Source: Vicugna vicugna (taxonomy: Eukaryota). Taken from it: a stretch of 64,000 bases of DNA. Location of the stretch: contig MU058658.1 in assembly GCA_013265495.1 (NCBI GenBank), positions 1 through 64,000 of the forward strand, written 5' to 3'. Below are positions 13,400 through 25,330 of this stretch, piece by piece (the first letter of the stretch is position 1; each line of letters starts with the position of its first letter). The notes below the pieces were generated by a model. The model was given only the letters and a program-made list of their open reading frames with translations. It was not told the origin of the DNA and did no database searches. Position numbers and translations under genes: made by a program.

Positions 13400-14530
13400 G
13401 GTTAAATTCATTGTTGCAGACGCGATAGTGGAGGGCCTCTGTGTCGCTCCTGTGTAAACTGTGCTTCGGGTGCGTTAGAGTGAAAACAGCAAGACGGAAA
13501 TACAGAACAGGGATCTGAAACGGTGTTCACAAAGCACAAAAGCCGAAGTTCCGCCAGCGTTAGTTTAAACAGAGGTCTCACCTCCCTCGTGGCCCAAAAA
13601 CTGGAGCCCCAAGCAAACAATTTCCGCCACCGCAGGTGCGCCAGGATGAGAGCAGGGGGACGTGCGGTGGCGGGCGCGGGTGGGACGCACCCGCTCTGGC
13701 GCGCGTTTTTGGCGAAACGCCAAAGGCTGAAGCATGTCCGCCCTTGCCCCAGCAACTCCGCTTCTGGAATTCACAAGCGCCTACCCTGAGGTCGTTGCAG
13801 AGACGTTTATGAGGCGGTTAATCAAAGCAAGCGATGTCGCGGCTTGCGGTCGAAAGAAGAAAGCCCTCTCCTAGAAGCCACTTGCGTTTCGGGGAGTTCT
13901 CAGCGCCCCGTGCGCTGGGGTCCCGAGGCCTCCGCGAGCCACCGGCAGGACTCCGCCCGTGGCCCTGCTCACAAGTCTGCGCTTAGCACTGTCGCGCCCC
14001 CCGCGCTGTGTTCATGGTTGTGCCAGCAGCTGACATTAGTCGCTTTCTCCACTAGTGCTTCGTGTTTTGAACGCCACCCACCAAAACCCACTTAGCAAGG
14101 AGTACTGGGCAGGGCAGTTCTCCCCCAGAATCAGGCAGAGATTGCCCTGTAACATTCCTCACGGCACGGAGAGAGTGGGCGTGGGCGTCGAACGTACTTT
14201 GTTCTTTCCACGCGCGTGTATCGCGTGGCAGGTGTGCTAAGCCGGCCTCGAGCCCGCGCGCGCACGCACCTCCAGGGCCAGGCACGGCCGCGCCCCGAGG
14301 CGCTCGCCCTGCGCTTGTCAGCCCCTCCCGTCTCCCGCTGGCCTTGGTCCAGTTCCCGCGGCAACGGGCTGAGGCGGCCTTGGTCCAGCGCTCCAGGTGA
14401 GAGGTCCTTCCCGGAGCGCAGCCTGCGACAGTGGACGGCGAGACCAGCTGGTGCGGGGCGGGCTCGAGCCCCAGGAGCTCTTCCCCTCAGTAGAACTGCA
14501 CCCTTGGACGTTTGCGCGGTGTTAGACATT
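13400..14530. promoter_or_regulatory. CpG island-like region
   Basis: Dense CpG, GCGCGCGC runs. Confidence 0.75.
14320..14401 (+). promoter_or_regulatory. X-box module copy 3 (CpG-variant X-box, no palindrome)
   Basis: C/T tract then CAGTTCCCGCGGCAACGGGCTGAGGC; X-box variant 14352-14365; CAGGTGAG at 14394. Confidence 0.6.
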
Positions 14531-14667
14531 GCAAGTCTCCTGCAAGCCCCCGTTCTCATTACCTACCTTAATCATTGGTTCATCCATCCATCCATCCGTT
14601 CGTTCACAAACTGTTCATTTTACCGCAACAGTAACGGTAGACCCTCCTTTAGGATATGGGGATAGAA

Positions 14668-14880
14668 CAGTGGTTTTCAACTGAGGGCGATTTTGCTTCC
14701 CAAGGAGGCATTCGGAAATATTTTAGTTACCACAATTTGGGGAGGGTGGGTGCTGTCAGGGTCTGGTACATAGAGGTCTGGAATGCTGTTAAGTGGACTT
14801 CCTACAATGTACAGGAGACACCGTCCCCTTCAAGAGTTATCTGGTCCTTAATGTCAGTAGGGGGCGGTTGAGAAGTCCTG
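14668..14880. mobile_element. MER20-like hAT remnant
   Basis: CAGTGGTTTTCAACTGAGGGCGATTTTGC..GTTGAGAAGTCCTG. Confidence 0.7.
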
Positions 14881-15042
14881 GAAGACAATGATGTGTAAGA
14901 ATCTACCCTGCATATATCTGGAGGAAACTCTACTTAGAAAAGACGCATGCACCCCAGTGTTCCTAGCAGTACTATTTACAACAGCCAAGACATGGGCACA
15001 GCCTAAATGTCCATCAACAGATGAATGGATAAAGAAGATGTG

Positions 15043-15054
15043 ATGTGTATGTAT

Positions 15055-15090
<36 letters not shown>
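15043..15090. repeat. (TG)n microsatellite
   Basis: Direct reading. Confidence 0.9.
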
Positions 15091-15432
15091 TGTGCCACAC
15101 CACGCTGGAGTCTGAGGTGAAAGGAAACATGTACCCTGTTCTATCTGTGCTTTCATGCATTTTCTAAAGTTAAACTGTTTTCCGGAAATAGATTTTGGAA
15201 AATATTATCGATGAGTTTGCTTCCATTAAAGCCAGGAAAGCAAAATTATAATAAATCATGGGGTTTTTTTCTCTTTCATATATAATTAAAATGTTTAAAC
15301 ATAAGATAATGTTGTGAGTTTTAACTCACTCACTTTTCAAATTTTCAATATTTTTTCTGGAAAACTTTAAATTCAATTACATTATCTAAAAGATAAATAA
15401 ATTAAAAAAAATTTTTAATCAGGAAAAAAATT

Positions 15433-15560
15433 GGGGGGAGGGTATAGCTCATGGTGGAGTGCATGCACGAGGTCCTGGGTTCAATCCCCAGTACCTCCAT
15501 TTAAATACATAAATAAATAAAAACCTAATTACCTCCCCCTAAGAAATTTAAAAATTTTTT
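15433..15560 (+). mobile_element. Vic-1-like SINE
   Basis: tRNA-Ala-like head. Confidence 0.85.
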
Positions 15561-16689
15561 TAAATTAAAAATCAGGAAAAAATTACATAAAAATATATGT
15601 ATAGGAGCTCCCATTTTCCTTTTTCTCTAGCTTCAATATGGGTCAGCACACTCTAGACTTTGTATTTAAATTTTTGATATTTTGTCCTATCTTTTTTTCA
15701 TTCATTTTGACTTTCTAAAAAGTATTACACTGAAGTATTATTTATGTTGATGACGGAGGTTTTTGGTGCCCCCTGATCCCAGCTTCATCTTTGAGAAGGT
15801 GACCTTTGAGCTGAGATGTAAAGATTGAGGAAGAACCAGCCATGGGAATTTCAGGGAAAGGAAATCCTTATCAGAGGAAAGGCAGACATCTAGGTCATGG
15901 GGCAGAGAAAGTTTTCAGGCACAGCAGGGAAGCCAGAGTGGTGAGAGGTTGGTGGCCAAGGCATTAGGGCTGTGCCATGAGAAGCAGTCGGGGGCCAGGA
16001 TGCCAGGGGTGGGGGGTCCTTGTGGACCAATGAAGAGTAGCTTTCTGTTTGGTCTGTGTGTGTGTTGTGGAGCCACTGAAAGAGCCTAAGTTGTGGGGGG
16101 AGAGGGTGACATGATCTGATTTGCTTGCGGAAGGTCTGAGACTTGCTTCGTGGAGGGCAGACTATCTGGCACTGGGATGACCCAGCCATCAAAATGTCAC
16201 CATCATCCATGGAGTGGTGGCCCCTGGACTGAGGTGGATGCAAACAGACTGAGTCCTGTTATGTCTTGGAGGTTGAGCTGAGGCAGGATTTGTGGTGGCA
16301 GGATGGCTGGTGTGGGCAGAATGAGAAGAATGGGGAATGATTTCTGCTTTGAGTTTTTCTGTTTTGAGTCTGGGCTCTTGGGTGGAGGGTGGTGCCGTTT
16401 ACAAAGTATAGGAAGACTGGGGCGGGGTGGTGAGTAGACTTTGAGGGAGATTGAAGATCTGTATTCGGACACATTGGCTTAAGATGTCAGATTTTCAACA
16501 TAGTTTTGAAAGTCCTAGCCACAGCAATCAAAGAAGAAAAAGAAATAAAAGGGAAATAAAGACGTCAATTTGACATTATTGGAGATGTGTCAGGGAGGCA
16601 GGAATTCAGATAGAAAATCAAGGCTTGAAATACCAACCAGCTTGGAGGTGGTTTTTGTAAATGTGGCTCTGGATAAAATCAGCTTGAAA

Positions 16690-17192
16690 GAGAGTATAGA
16701 TGGCCTCTAAGGTGGTCCCCAGTGAATTGCGCCTCTTGGTACTCACACCCCTGTGTGGTCTCATCCCAGGATGAGGAGGGCTGACCATGTAACCAGTAAT
16801 GGATTGCAGAAGCGTCAATGTGTGGTTTCCAATGCTGGGCTATAAAAGATATTGCACCTGTCTTGGCTCGCTCTCTCTGGGGGAACCCATCACCCTGTCT
16901 CGGGAGCACAAAAGCAGCCCTCTGGAGAGCTCCAGCCGAGGTTCCCTGCCAGGAGTATGAGTAAACCACCTTGAAAGTGGGTCATCCAGCGCCAGTCAAG
17001 TCTTCAGATGACCACAACCTTGGTCAGTGTCTTAACAGCAGCCTCATGAGAGCCTCCTCTGAGCCAGATCCACCCAGCTAAGCTGCTCCTAGGTCCTTGA
17101 ATCACAGGCACTAGGTGACATGATAAGTGCTTGTTGTTTTAAGTCTCTAAGGTTTGGGGTAACTTGTTATGCAGCAGTAGGTGACTAATGCA
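16690..17192 (+). mobile_element. MLT1-type MaLR LTR
   Basis: 3' end GTTGTTTTAAGTCTCTAAGGTTTGGGGTAACTTGTTATGCAGCAGTAGGTGACTAATGCA. Confidence 0.75.
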
Positions 17193-17634
17193 GATGGGAA
17201 ATGTGGACATGGGCCCAGCCCTGGAGCCCTCCGTTACACAGAGGTGGAGCAGAGGAGGTGAGCATCTAGGAGCGTCTGGTGAAGTAAGACAAAGATCAGA
17301 AGAAGTTCAGTGTCCCTGAGGGTAAAAGAAGGAGAGGGTAAACTGTTCAAATCTGATAGCAAGGGAGTAGCCACTGGTTGTAGGAAAGGAGGTCAGTGGC
17401 AACTTGGCAGAGCAGCTTCCTGGAATAAACTGTCAAAACAAGGGATTGGCCAGTGGCCACCACGGGTATAGCTGACCTCAGAGAGAGAACACAGGCATGC
17501 ACATCAGGTTACAAAGCACCACATTCAGACTCTTCTAAATACTTTTCAGTTACATGTGGGACACATTTGGGGAATTCTGTTCAACACACTGTTGCGGAGG
17601 AGGTGACAGACTCAGACCTTAAATACAAGACTTT

Positions 17635-17705
17635 GCTGTTTATGAGAAGTTCAGCTCAGGAAGGAAGGAGGGGGCTGAGCGGCCGGAGGCTGGAAACCCC
17701 ATGCC
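17635..17705 (-). promoter_or_regulatory. Probable decayed module copy 4
   Basis: GCTGTTTATGAGAAGTTCAGCT aligns to GCTGTTGCCATGGAAACTGCAGCT; purine tract; GGAGGCTGGAAACCCCA aligns to GGAGGCTGGAATTTTCCA. Confidence 0.4.
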
Positions 17706-17770
17706 CTGCTCCTTGAACGCATCAGAATGAGAGGCTTTCTTCTGTGCCTGGGTGCTCACGGGTTCCCCGA

Positions 17771-17917
17771 CACGCACACACGCACGCACACGCACAGCCA
17801 GTTCCAGGAGTGCTGTGCAGCAGCAATAGTCTGTTGCTTTGTGAGCCCAAGGCCCTCTCTGCCCGGGGAGCACAGCACTCCTGGAACTGGGTGTGCGTGT
17901 GCGTGCGTGCGTGCGTG
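17771..17917. repeat. Inverted repeat, 48-bp arms, 51-nt spacer
   Basis: 17771-17818 complementary to 17870-17917 at 46/48. Confidence 0.95.
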
Positions 17918-18065
17918 CCCTGAAAATGTACACGCGTGATGCACGTTCGGGAACAAGAGACGGTACAGGGTTTCTTCTTCCATGGGGCCAAAACTGACAC
18001 TGAAGATGTAAAGAGGAGAGATGAGGTAGGTTCAAGGGAGTGAAACGTAAAAGCTGTGTCTGCTC

Positions 18066-18160
18066 AGGGGGGAGGGTGCCGCTCTGTGGTGGAGGGTGTG
18101 CTTCACATGCACGAGGTCATGGGTTACATCCCCAGGACCTCCATTAGAAATAAATAAAAG
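18066..18160 (+). mobile_element. Vic-1-like SINE (diverged)
   Basis: tRNA-Ala-like head. Confidence 0.7.
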
Positions 18161-18344
18161 CTCTATGCGAGCAGAAAACATTATAGAAAGAAGAGGAAGG
18201 AGGAGGAGAGCCCTGAGGAGACAGAGCTGGGGAGAAGGCAGGACTGGGGTCCCATGGGGGAGAGGTGTTTAAGACCAAGAAGCAGGCTTTCCTCTGCTTT
18301 GCAGGGAGAAACCAGAGCTGAACGTTGTTTTTAAAATGTAGGTT

Positions 18345-18870
18345 TTATTATTATTCAGGAATCGTAGGGCCAACAGATCAGGAGACCAATGTCATTGAAA
18401 AGATAGTTTATAATCTTTTAAAATTGCAGATCCCAAGAGGAGCACACATACCATGCCATGCAGGGCCACCTGGGGAAGCACCAGGGTTGTTCGGGAGGCG
18501 GAGAGGGTGGAGAGAGGCTGGCAAGAGCCTTTATCGTGGTTTCCGCCAGGAGGAGTGGGTGAGGCAGGGTGAGAAGGCTTAGAGTTGGCTGCTGTGAACG
18601 ACTTCAGTGAGCCCTAGAGATAGAGGCTGTCCCTAGGTATCCGGTACCTGCCCTGGAAGAGTAGGCAGGTGGATGGTGGTCCAGAGAGCGAGAGCCCCAT
18701 AGAGGAGGTGGCTGGCGGTGTGGGCTCAGGATGTCTTGATTTACATGCAAAGACCACACTCCCAGGTGAGTTATTTCCTCTCTAGGCATTGGCCACCCCT
18801 GGGAGGAGCAGTTCCTCCAGGTATCAGCAGGGCCCCACGATGTCAAAGCATGATATTTAAAAACTGGAGA
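18345..18870 (-). mobile_element. Old ERV-type solo LTR, same family as 655-1140
   Basis: TTATTCAGG..GGCCAACAGATCAGGAGA..GGGTGAGGCAGGGTGA shared. Confidence 0.6.
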
Positions 18871-19609
18871 ACGTAGCTATCATTAACCCGAATAAACAAT
18901 GACCACACGTGCAAACCTGCATGAAGCCTGCTGTCTTGCTGGTGTCTTCGGCCCATACATCAGATACATTTCTTTCGCTGTTTAAACCAAACTGAACTGC
19001 ATTTCTTGCCTCTGGGAACCAGACGCATGTCTCCCACCTCACTGAAGGGAAGCTCCATGAAACCAGGGACCAGCACTTGATTCTTCTTCTTCACCATCTC
19101 CCCAGGGTCTGAGATCACGAAGGAGATGCCGTGGTTGCTGGTGTTGGGACATGGTTTGTGTAGTTAATGTCCAACCCCAGCACACCTGTAGTCATCTTGA
19201 GAGAGGTGTGTTTTGCTCAGCACCGAATCCTCTGGTCCTCAGCACAGTGCCAGGCACAGAGCGGACCCATGGGGGTTCTTGATGGACTAAATGACTGAAT
19301 TAACGTGTTTTCAGCTCCATGAGTGTGGAGACTGTGTCTTGTCTTTTCCCCTCATCATTCCACTCCCAGTGCCTAGCAGATTGTAGACACTCGATGAATA
19401 CTGGGAGGGGACAAGTGTATAAACAAATGATTAAATGAATGAAGGATGACTGGATGGTGGAGACAGATGACAGTTATGCCACGGGCACCTGCAGCTACTA
19501 CTGACTGAAAACTTGTGAAGACTTAAGCCTGCAGAAGCTCCAGAGCCATCTTTTTGCCCATCTGTGAAGACTCAGGGAGCAATTTGCAGGGCATAAAAGA
19601 TGCATGATT

Positions 19610-21050
19610 ACCGGCGGGAATGTGAAATGGTGCAGCTGCTGTCGAAAGCAGTACAGAGGTTCCTCAGAAAGTTAAGCACGGAATTATCACGTGGTCCAAC
19701 AACACCACTTTAGGGCATAAGCCCAAAGACCTGAAAGCAGGGTCTCAAAGAGATATTTGGGGGTTTTTTAGAGGGGGTGGTTATCGAAGTATCCCTGGTT
19801 TATGATGTTGTATTAGTTTCAGGTGCACAGCAGTGTGATTCAGTCATATATATATATATATATTCCTTTTCAGATTCTTTTCCATTATAGGTTATTACAT
19901 GATGCTGAATATAGTTCTCTGTGCTATACAGTAGGTCCTTGTTGTTTATCTATTTTATGTATACAGTAGTATATATCTGTTAATCCCAAACTCCTAATTT
20001 ATCCCCCCCCCGCCTTTCCCCTTTGGCAACCATAAGTTTGTTTTCTAAGTCTGTGAGTCTGTTTCTGTTTTGTAAATAAGTACTGTTTCTTTAGATTTCA
20101 CATATAAGTGATATCATATGACATTTGTCTTTCTCTGGCTGACTTACTTCACTCAATATGATAATCTCTAGGTCCATCCATGTTTTTGCAAATAGCGTTA
20201 TTTCTTTTTTATGGCTGAGTAATATTCCGTGCATGTATATATACATATATGTGTACCACAACTTCTTTATCCAGTCATCTGTCAATGGACATTTAGGTTG
20301 CTTCTATGTCTTGGCTATTATAAATAGGGCTGCTATGAACATTGGGGTGCAGGTGTCTTTTCAAGTTAGAGTTCCCTCTAGATATACACCCAAGAGTGGG
20401 ATTGCTGGATCATATGGTAACTCTATTTTTCATTTTTTAAGGAACCTCCATACTGTTTTCCATAGTGGCTACAACAATTTACATTCCTACCAACAGTGTA
20501 GGAGGGTTTCCTTTTCTCCACACCCTCTCCAGCATTTATTATTTGTAGACTTTCTGATGATGGCCATTCTGACCAGTATAAGGTGATTCTTGAAAGAGAT
20601 ATTTGTACACTCATTTTCACTGTAGCATTACTTACAATAGCCGTGACATGGAAGCAATGCAAGTGTCCATGGATGGATGAATGGATAAGCAAAATACAGT
20701 GGAATATTATTTAGCTTTAAAAAGGAAGGGAATCGAGATGCGTGCTACAACCATTGAGGACTTATGCTGAGTGACATAAGCCAGTCACAGAAGGACAAAT
20801 ATCACATAATTCCATGAAGTACCTAGTCAGAATCGTAGAGACAGAAAGTAGAATGGTGGCTGTCAGGGGCTGAGTGGTGGGGAGAATGGGGAGTTTTTAT
20901 TGAATGGGTACAGAATTTCTATTTGGGAAGATGGAAGAGTCTGGAGATGGATGGGGTGAGGGTTACACAACTGTGAATGTATTCAATCATACAAAACTGT
21001 ACAGGTAAAAATGGTTAAAATGGTAAATTTTATATGAATATTTTTTAAAT
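19610..21050 (+). mobile_element. Old L1M 3' region split by a younger L1
   Basis: Host continuity across the insertion. Confidence 0.75.
19760..20592 (-). mobile_element. Younger L1 3' end
   Basis: TSD AAAGAGATATTTG at 19747-19759 and 20593-20605; ORF2 C-terminal peptide [22 protein letters not shown]. Confidence 0.9.
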
Positions 21051-21184
21051 ATACATGAATACGGTGAGACGTGGTGAGACATCTGCAAGTTTAAGAGCCT
21101 CCTCCACACCCCATCCCAATCGATTTGACGTCAGCAGCTCTGTCTCCCCTCAGGAGCCTTTATGGGGTTTTTGCAGCAGAAGCA

Positions 21185-21286
21185 GGGGCTTGGGCTGTTG
21201 CCATGGGAACTGCAGCCAGCTTGGAGAAGGGGAGGGGGCTCTGAAGGAGCCGAGAGAGCCGTGGAGGCTGGAATTTTCCAGGCTCT
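21185..21286 (-). promoter_or_regulatory. X-box module copy 5
   Basis: GTTGCCATGGGAAC 21197-21210; 59-nt spacer; GGAATTTTCC 21270-21279; 21264-21285 is the exact reverse complement of 4155-4176 (22/22). Confidence 0.8.
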
Positions 21287-21805
21287 GAACTCACACTTTG
21301 CGTTTGCTTTGTAATAAATGAATGGGTGGAAATGTGGGTCTTTGTCCCCAGTAAAACAGCTGCCCCTCCTCTCTCCAAGAGAAGGACTCTCGGAGGTGAT
21401 GCACGTCTAGTGCTCAGCCCCGGGCTAGATCCCGCGAGGCGGGTGTCCCCCGGGGGCTCTCCTCAGAGTGCCGCCTGCCCCTGGAGCTCATGAAGTCGAC
21501 TCTCATCCAGGACAGAGGCTCTCACGTTAATTTTCTTTGAGTAGATGTCTTTGGAAAAGAAGTAGAATCATGCCACTCCCCCCCTGAGCTCCGTCCTCAG
21601 CTCGGTTGATTTCTAAAAACTGGTTTGGGGCCACAGACATTCAGGGTAAGTGCAGTTCTTGGCAAGTTGTTACAGTTAGTTTACCCAACAGGGACCCTAA
21701 CTGTGGACCCTAAAGTGCCTCATTTTAAAGGAATTTTTCATCCACCCAGTCAACTGATACATCGGTTGTTGTTGCTTCGTAGCAAATTATCAGAGAGAGA
21801 GCTGT

Positions 21806-21945
21806 GGGGAGGAGGGTACAGCTCAGTGGTAGAGCACATGCTTAGCACGCATGAGGTCCTGGGTTCAGTCCTCAGTACCTCCATTAAAATTTAAAAAATA
21901 AATAAATAATAAAAACCTAATTACCACCCCCCCCCAAAAAAAACC
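21806..21945 (+). mobile_element. Vic-1-like SINE
   Basis: tRNA-Ala-like head. Confidence 0.9.
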
Positions 21946-23394
21946 AGAGAGGCTTGCAACTACGCTTACTACCTCAGTATCTGTGGGTCTCAGAGGCTGC
22001 AGTTGAAATGTCCGCTGACGAACCTCCACCTCCAAATGTTCTGGTTCATGAGCTAATGCCCAGCCGAACCCCAAGCTCTCTGCCCTTTGCCATCTATCAG
22101 CTGGATTTAATGGCTCTCTTGGAAGTAGCTCAATATAAGTAATGATTTTGAGACACCCATTTCTAGTGTATTAAAAGGTGTTTAATGTTAACAGTCTTTT
22201 TGGCAGACAGCACCTCTGGAACACACTTAAACAAATCTTCTTCTAATTTTAGGGCACCTATCTCATTCCTCTGACTGTTTAAGGCATGGCCAGCGGCTGT
22301 GAATACCTACGCTCGTGCCTCGACGCAGTAAGTGCTCAATTAATGTTTGGTGAACTGAACACCTGAACTACATCGCACGTGTACCTCTGGAGCAGCCAGA
22401 ATTTCCCTGGGTCAGTTTATACACCTGATCCCTTGCTTCCGTAAGAGGCAGGATTGCATCATCACTAGAAAAGCTACACAGTTGCATCTTAAGGGTGTGT
22501 GTGGTCCATGTATCACGTCCCTGTTGTCATCTCTGAATTTCTTCCATGCTGAAATTTGGCGGCCATTATTGCCCGCAGGAAACGGTGCAGAGTTGTCCTC
22601 ACCTTGTGACTGTAGGGAACCTGTGGGGTTCCCCCCACCCCAGGGAGCAGAATGGTTAAGTTTCCCTTTGAGAACGTGTAGGGAGGGAGGGAGGCCAAAC
22701 GAGAAAGTGAGCAGGCAGACAATGTGGCCTCCTTCAGGAGACATCTTGGAAGAGGGAACTTTAGGACCTGGTGGCGGTTTGGAGGGGTGTGGAGGAGGAA
22801 AAGGCAACGTTTACGCCTCGGTTTTCACTCTTGTGCAGTTGGGTAAAAGATGGAACCGTCTCGTGAGGAGGAATCGTGTATACAAGTATTTGGATGGGAC
22901 TCTAATCTGGAGATGCCTTTGGCGTTGAAGGACATCTGTCGTAGTCTGGGCTTCCCCCGGTGCAGACCCTGGATCGTGGCTTTGAGTGCAGGTGGTTCAT
23001 TTGGCAGTGGGGCCAGGAGGAACCAGCAGGGAGTCGGGAAGAGACATGAGCCGGGGGAGGCAGCTGACAAGGGCTGCGTCATAGGGGAGCTATGACAGAG
23101 CGCAACGGGGCTTACCCCACAGGGAAGCTCTGGACATGGCGTAAAGGACCTCCCGGAATTATCTCACCCAAGAGGAGAAAGACCTTGGATTAATTCATCA
23201 CCAACTCCCATTATCGCTGCTGGATGGGCTCCTGGTTACCCAGACCCCTTCCCCTTTCCTACCATTTTCTACCCATTTCTACCCTTCTGCTCCCTTCACT
23301 CCCGCCGCACTGGCCTCCTTGCTGCTCCCAAGCTGTGCAAAGGCGCTTCTCCCCCAGATTGCTTGTATTTTCTGTTCTCTTGCCGGGACTGCTC

Positions 23395-23490
23395 TTCCTT
23401 CCTTCCTTCCTTCCCTCCTTCCTTCCCTCTCTCCTCCCTCCTTTCTTCCTTCCTTCCTTCTTTCCTTCCTTCCTTCCTCCCTTCCTTCCT
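23395..23490. repeat. (TTCC)n-like microsatellite
   Basis: Direct reading. Confidence 0.9.
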
Positions 23491-23559
23491 GTTCAAATAT
23501 CGTCGCCCCAGGGAGATACTCCTTGACATCTGACCTAAAATAGCTCGCTCACTCCCCAG

Positions 23560-23885
23560 AGAAAGACGAATACGATATGATTTCACTCATATGTCGAATA
23601 TAAAAAACAAATACACAAACAAGCAAGATAAATGAACAACCCCACCCCCAAAACAAAACCCACACGGATACAGAGAGCAGAGCAGTGGCTCACTGAGGGG
23701 AAGGGGCAGGGGCAGGGGCGGGGTGGAGGGGAGTAACATGGGTGAAGGGGGTCATTTGTATGGTGGTGGGTGGAAACCAGATTTTTGGTGGTGAGCACAC
23801 CGCGGGGGATATAGAAATAGAATGTTGTACACGTGAAACTGACATAATGTGATAAACCAGGGTTACGCCCATTAAAAAAATAAAA
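23560..23885 (+). mobile_element. L1 3'UTR fragment
   Basis: ATATGATTTCACTCATATGTCGAAT..G-rich tract..A tail. Confidence 0.75.
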
Positions 23886-24166
23886 ACTGGAAAAAGGAGG
23901 AATTTTTAAGAATTTAAAACTAAAACAGCTCACTCCCTTTGGAGGCCTATCCCCATTGCTTTCTTTATTATCCTTCACAGCAGTCATCTCCAGCCAGCAC
24001 TGTATTGTGTCTCTGTCTGTCTGTCCGTCTCCCCCACTAGAATGTAAGCCCCGTGAGGTTAGAGAGACTGGCTTTCTTGTTTTCCACTTTCACTAATGCC
24101 AATCCCCATGCCTGGGCCCTGTTGGGCACGTAATACATATTGATTGAATGAAGAAAGATGAACCTG

Positions 24167-24290
24167 GTGGAGGGCATAGCTGATTGGTAGAGTGAGTGCG
24201 CCTGGCATGCATAAGGTCCTGGGCTTAATCCCCAGTGCCTCCATTAAACACATAAATAAACCTAAGTACTTCCCCCAAAACAAGCAACAG
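24167..24290 (+). mobile_element. Vic-1-like SINE
   Basis: tRNA-Ala-like head. Confidence 0.8.
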
Positions 24291-24679
24291 CAACAAATTT
24301 TTTTAATAAACGAGAGATGAATTGGATGAACTCCGACTCCCTCGAGGGCAGAGCTTGTGGCTCTTAACTCCCATGTTCAGCGTACACGGAGACCAGCGTG
24401 CGGCAGGCAGTAGGGCCCCTGCAGTGAGTGTCCGGTAAATGAACGGCGAGGACGGATCACAAGCACTGACGTTCCCTTGAGAAGCAGTGTGGTTTCCAGC
24501 ACAGTCTGCCCAGCCCCAAGCAGCTAATTATTTTCCTCCAGCAAAGATCCTTGCCATTCAGAAACATTCCTAGAAATCATATTTGCTTTATATGATGTAC
24601 AGTTGAATTCACTCTTCTTGGTGTAGAGTTCTTAGGACCAATGAATACAGTCCTGTAACTACCGCCCCAGTTAATTCAC

Positions 24680-25330
24680 CACCTTCAGCAATTCCACTCC
24701 TGGGCATATATCCAGAGGGAACTCTAAATCAAAAAGACACATGCACCCCAGTGTTCAAAGCAGCACTATTGACAATAGCCAAGACATGGAAACAACCTAA
24801 ATGTCCACTGACAGATGACTGGATAAAGAAGATGTGATATATTTATACAATGGAATACTACTCAGCCATAAAAAAGAATAAAATAATGCCATGTGCAGCA
24901 ACATGGATGGACCCGGAGATCGTCATTCTATGTGAAGTAAGCCAGAAAGAGAAAGGAAAATACCATATGATATCACTTATATGTGAAATTTTTTTAAAAG
25001 GACACAAATGAACTTATTTACAAAACAGAAACAGACTCACAGACATAGAAAACAAACTTACGGTCACCAAAGGGGAAAGGGGGTGGGAAGGGATAAATTA
25101 GGGGTTCGAGATTTGCAGATACTAACTACTATATATAAAATAGATAAACAACAAGTTTCTTCTGTACAGCACAGGGAACTATATTCAGTATCTTGTAGTA
25201 ACCTATAATGAAAAAGAATATGAAAAGGAATATATGTACGTATATATATGACTGAAACATGATGCTGTACACCAGAAATTGGCACAACATTGTATCACTG
25301 ACTAATTCTTCAATTAAAAAAAAAAGCAAA
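24680..25330 (+). mobile_element. L1 3' end
   Basis: ORF2 terminus and 3'UTR, A tail. Confidence 0.9.

Noticed and set aside
22400..22700. Unique-looking sequence that might be an exon
   Set aside because: No recognisable peptide and no convincing splice-site pair; cannot be supported without a homology search.
23697..23733. G-quadruplex-like G-run cluster
   Set aside because: Ordinary G-rich tract of an L1 3'UTR.
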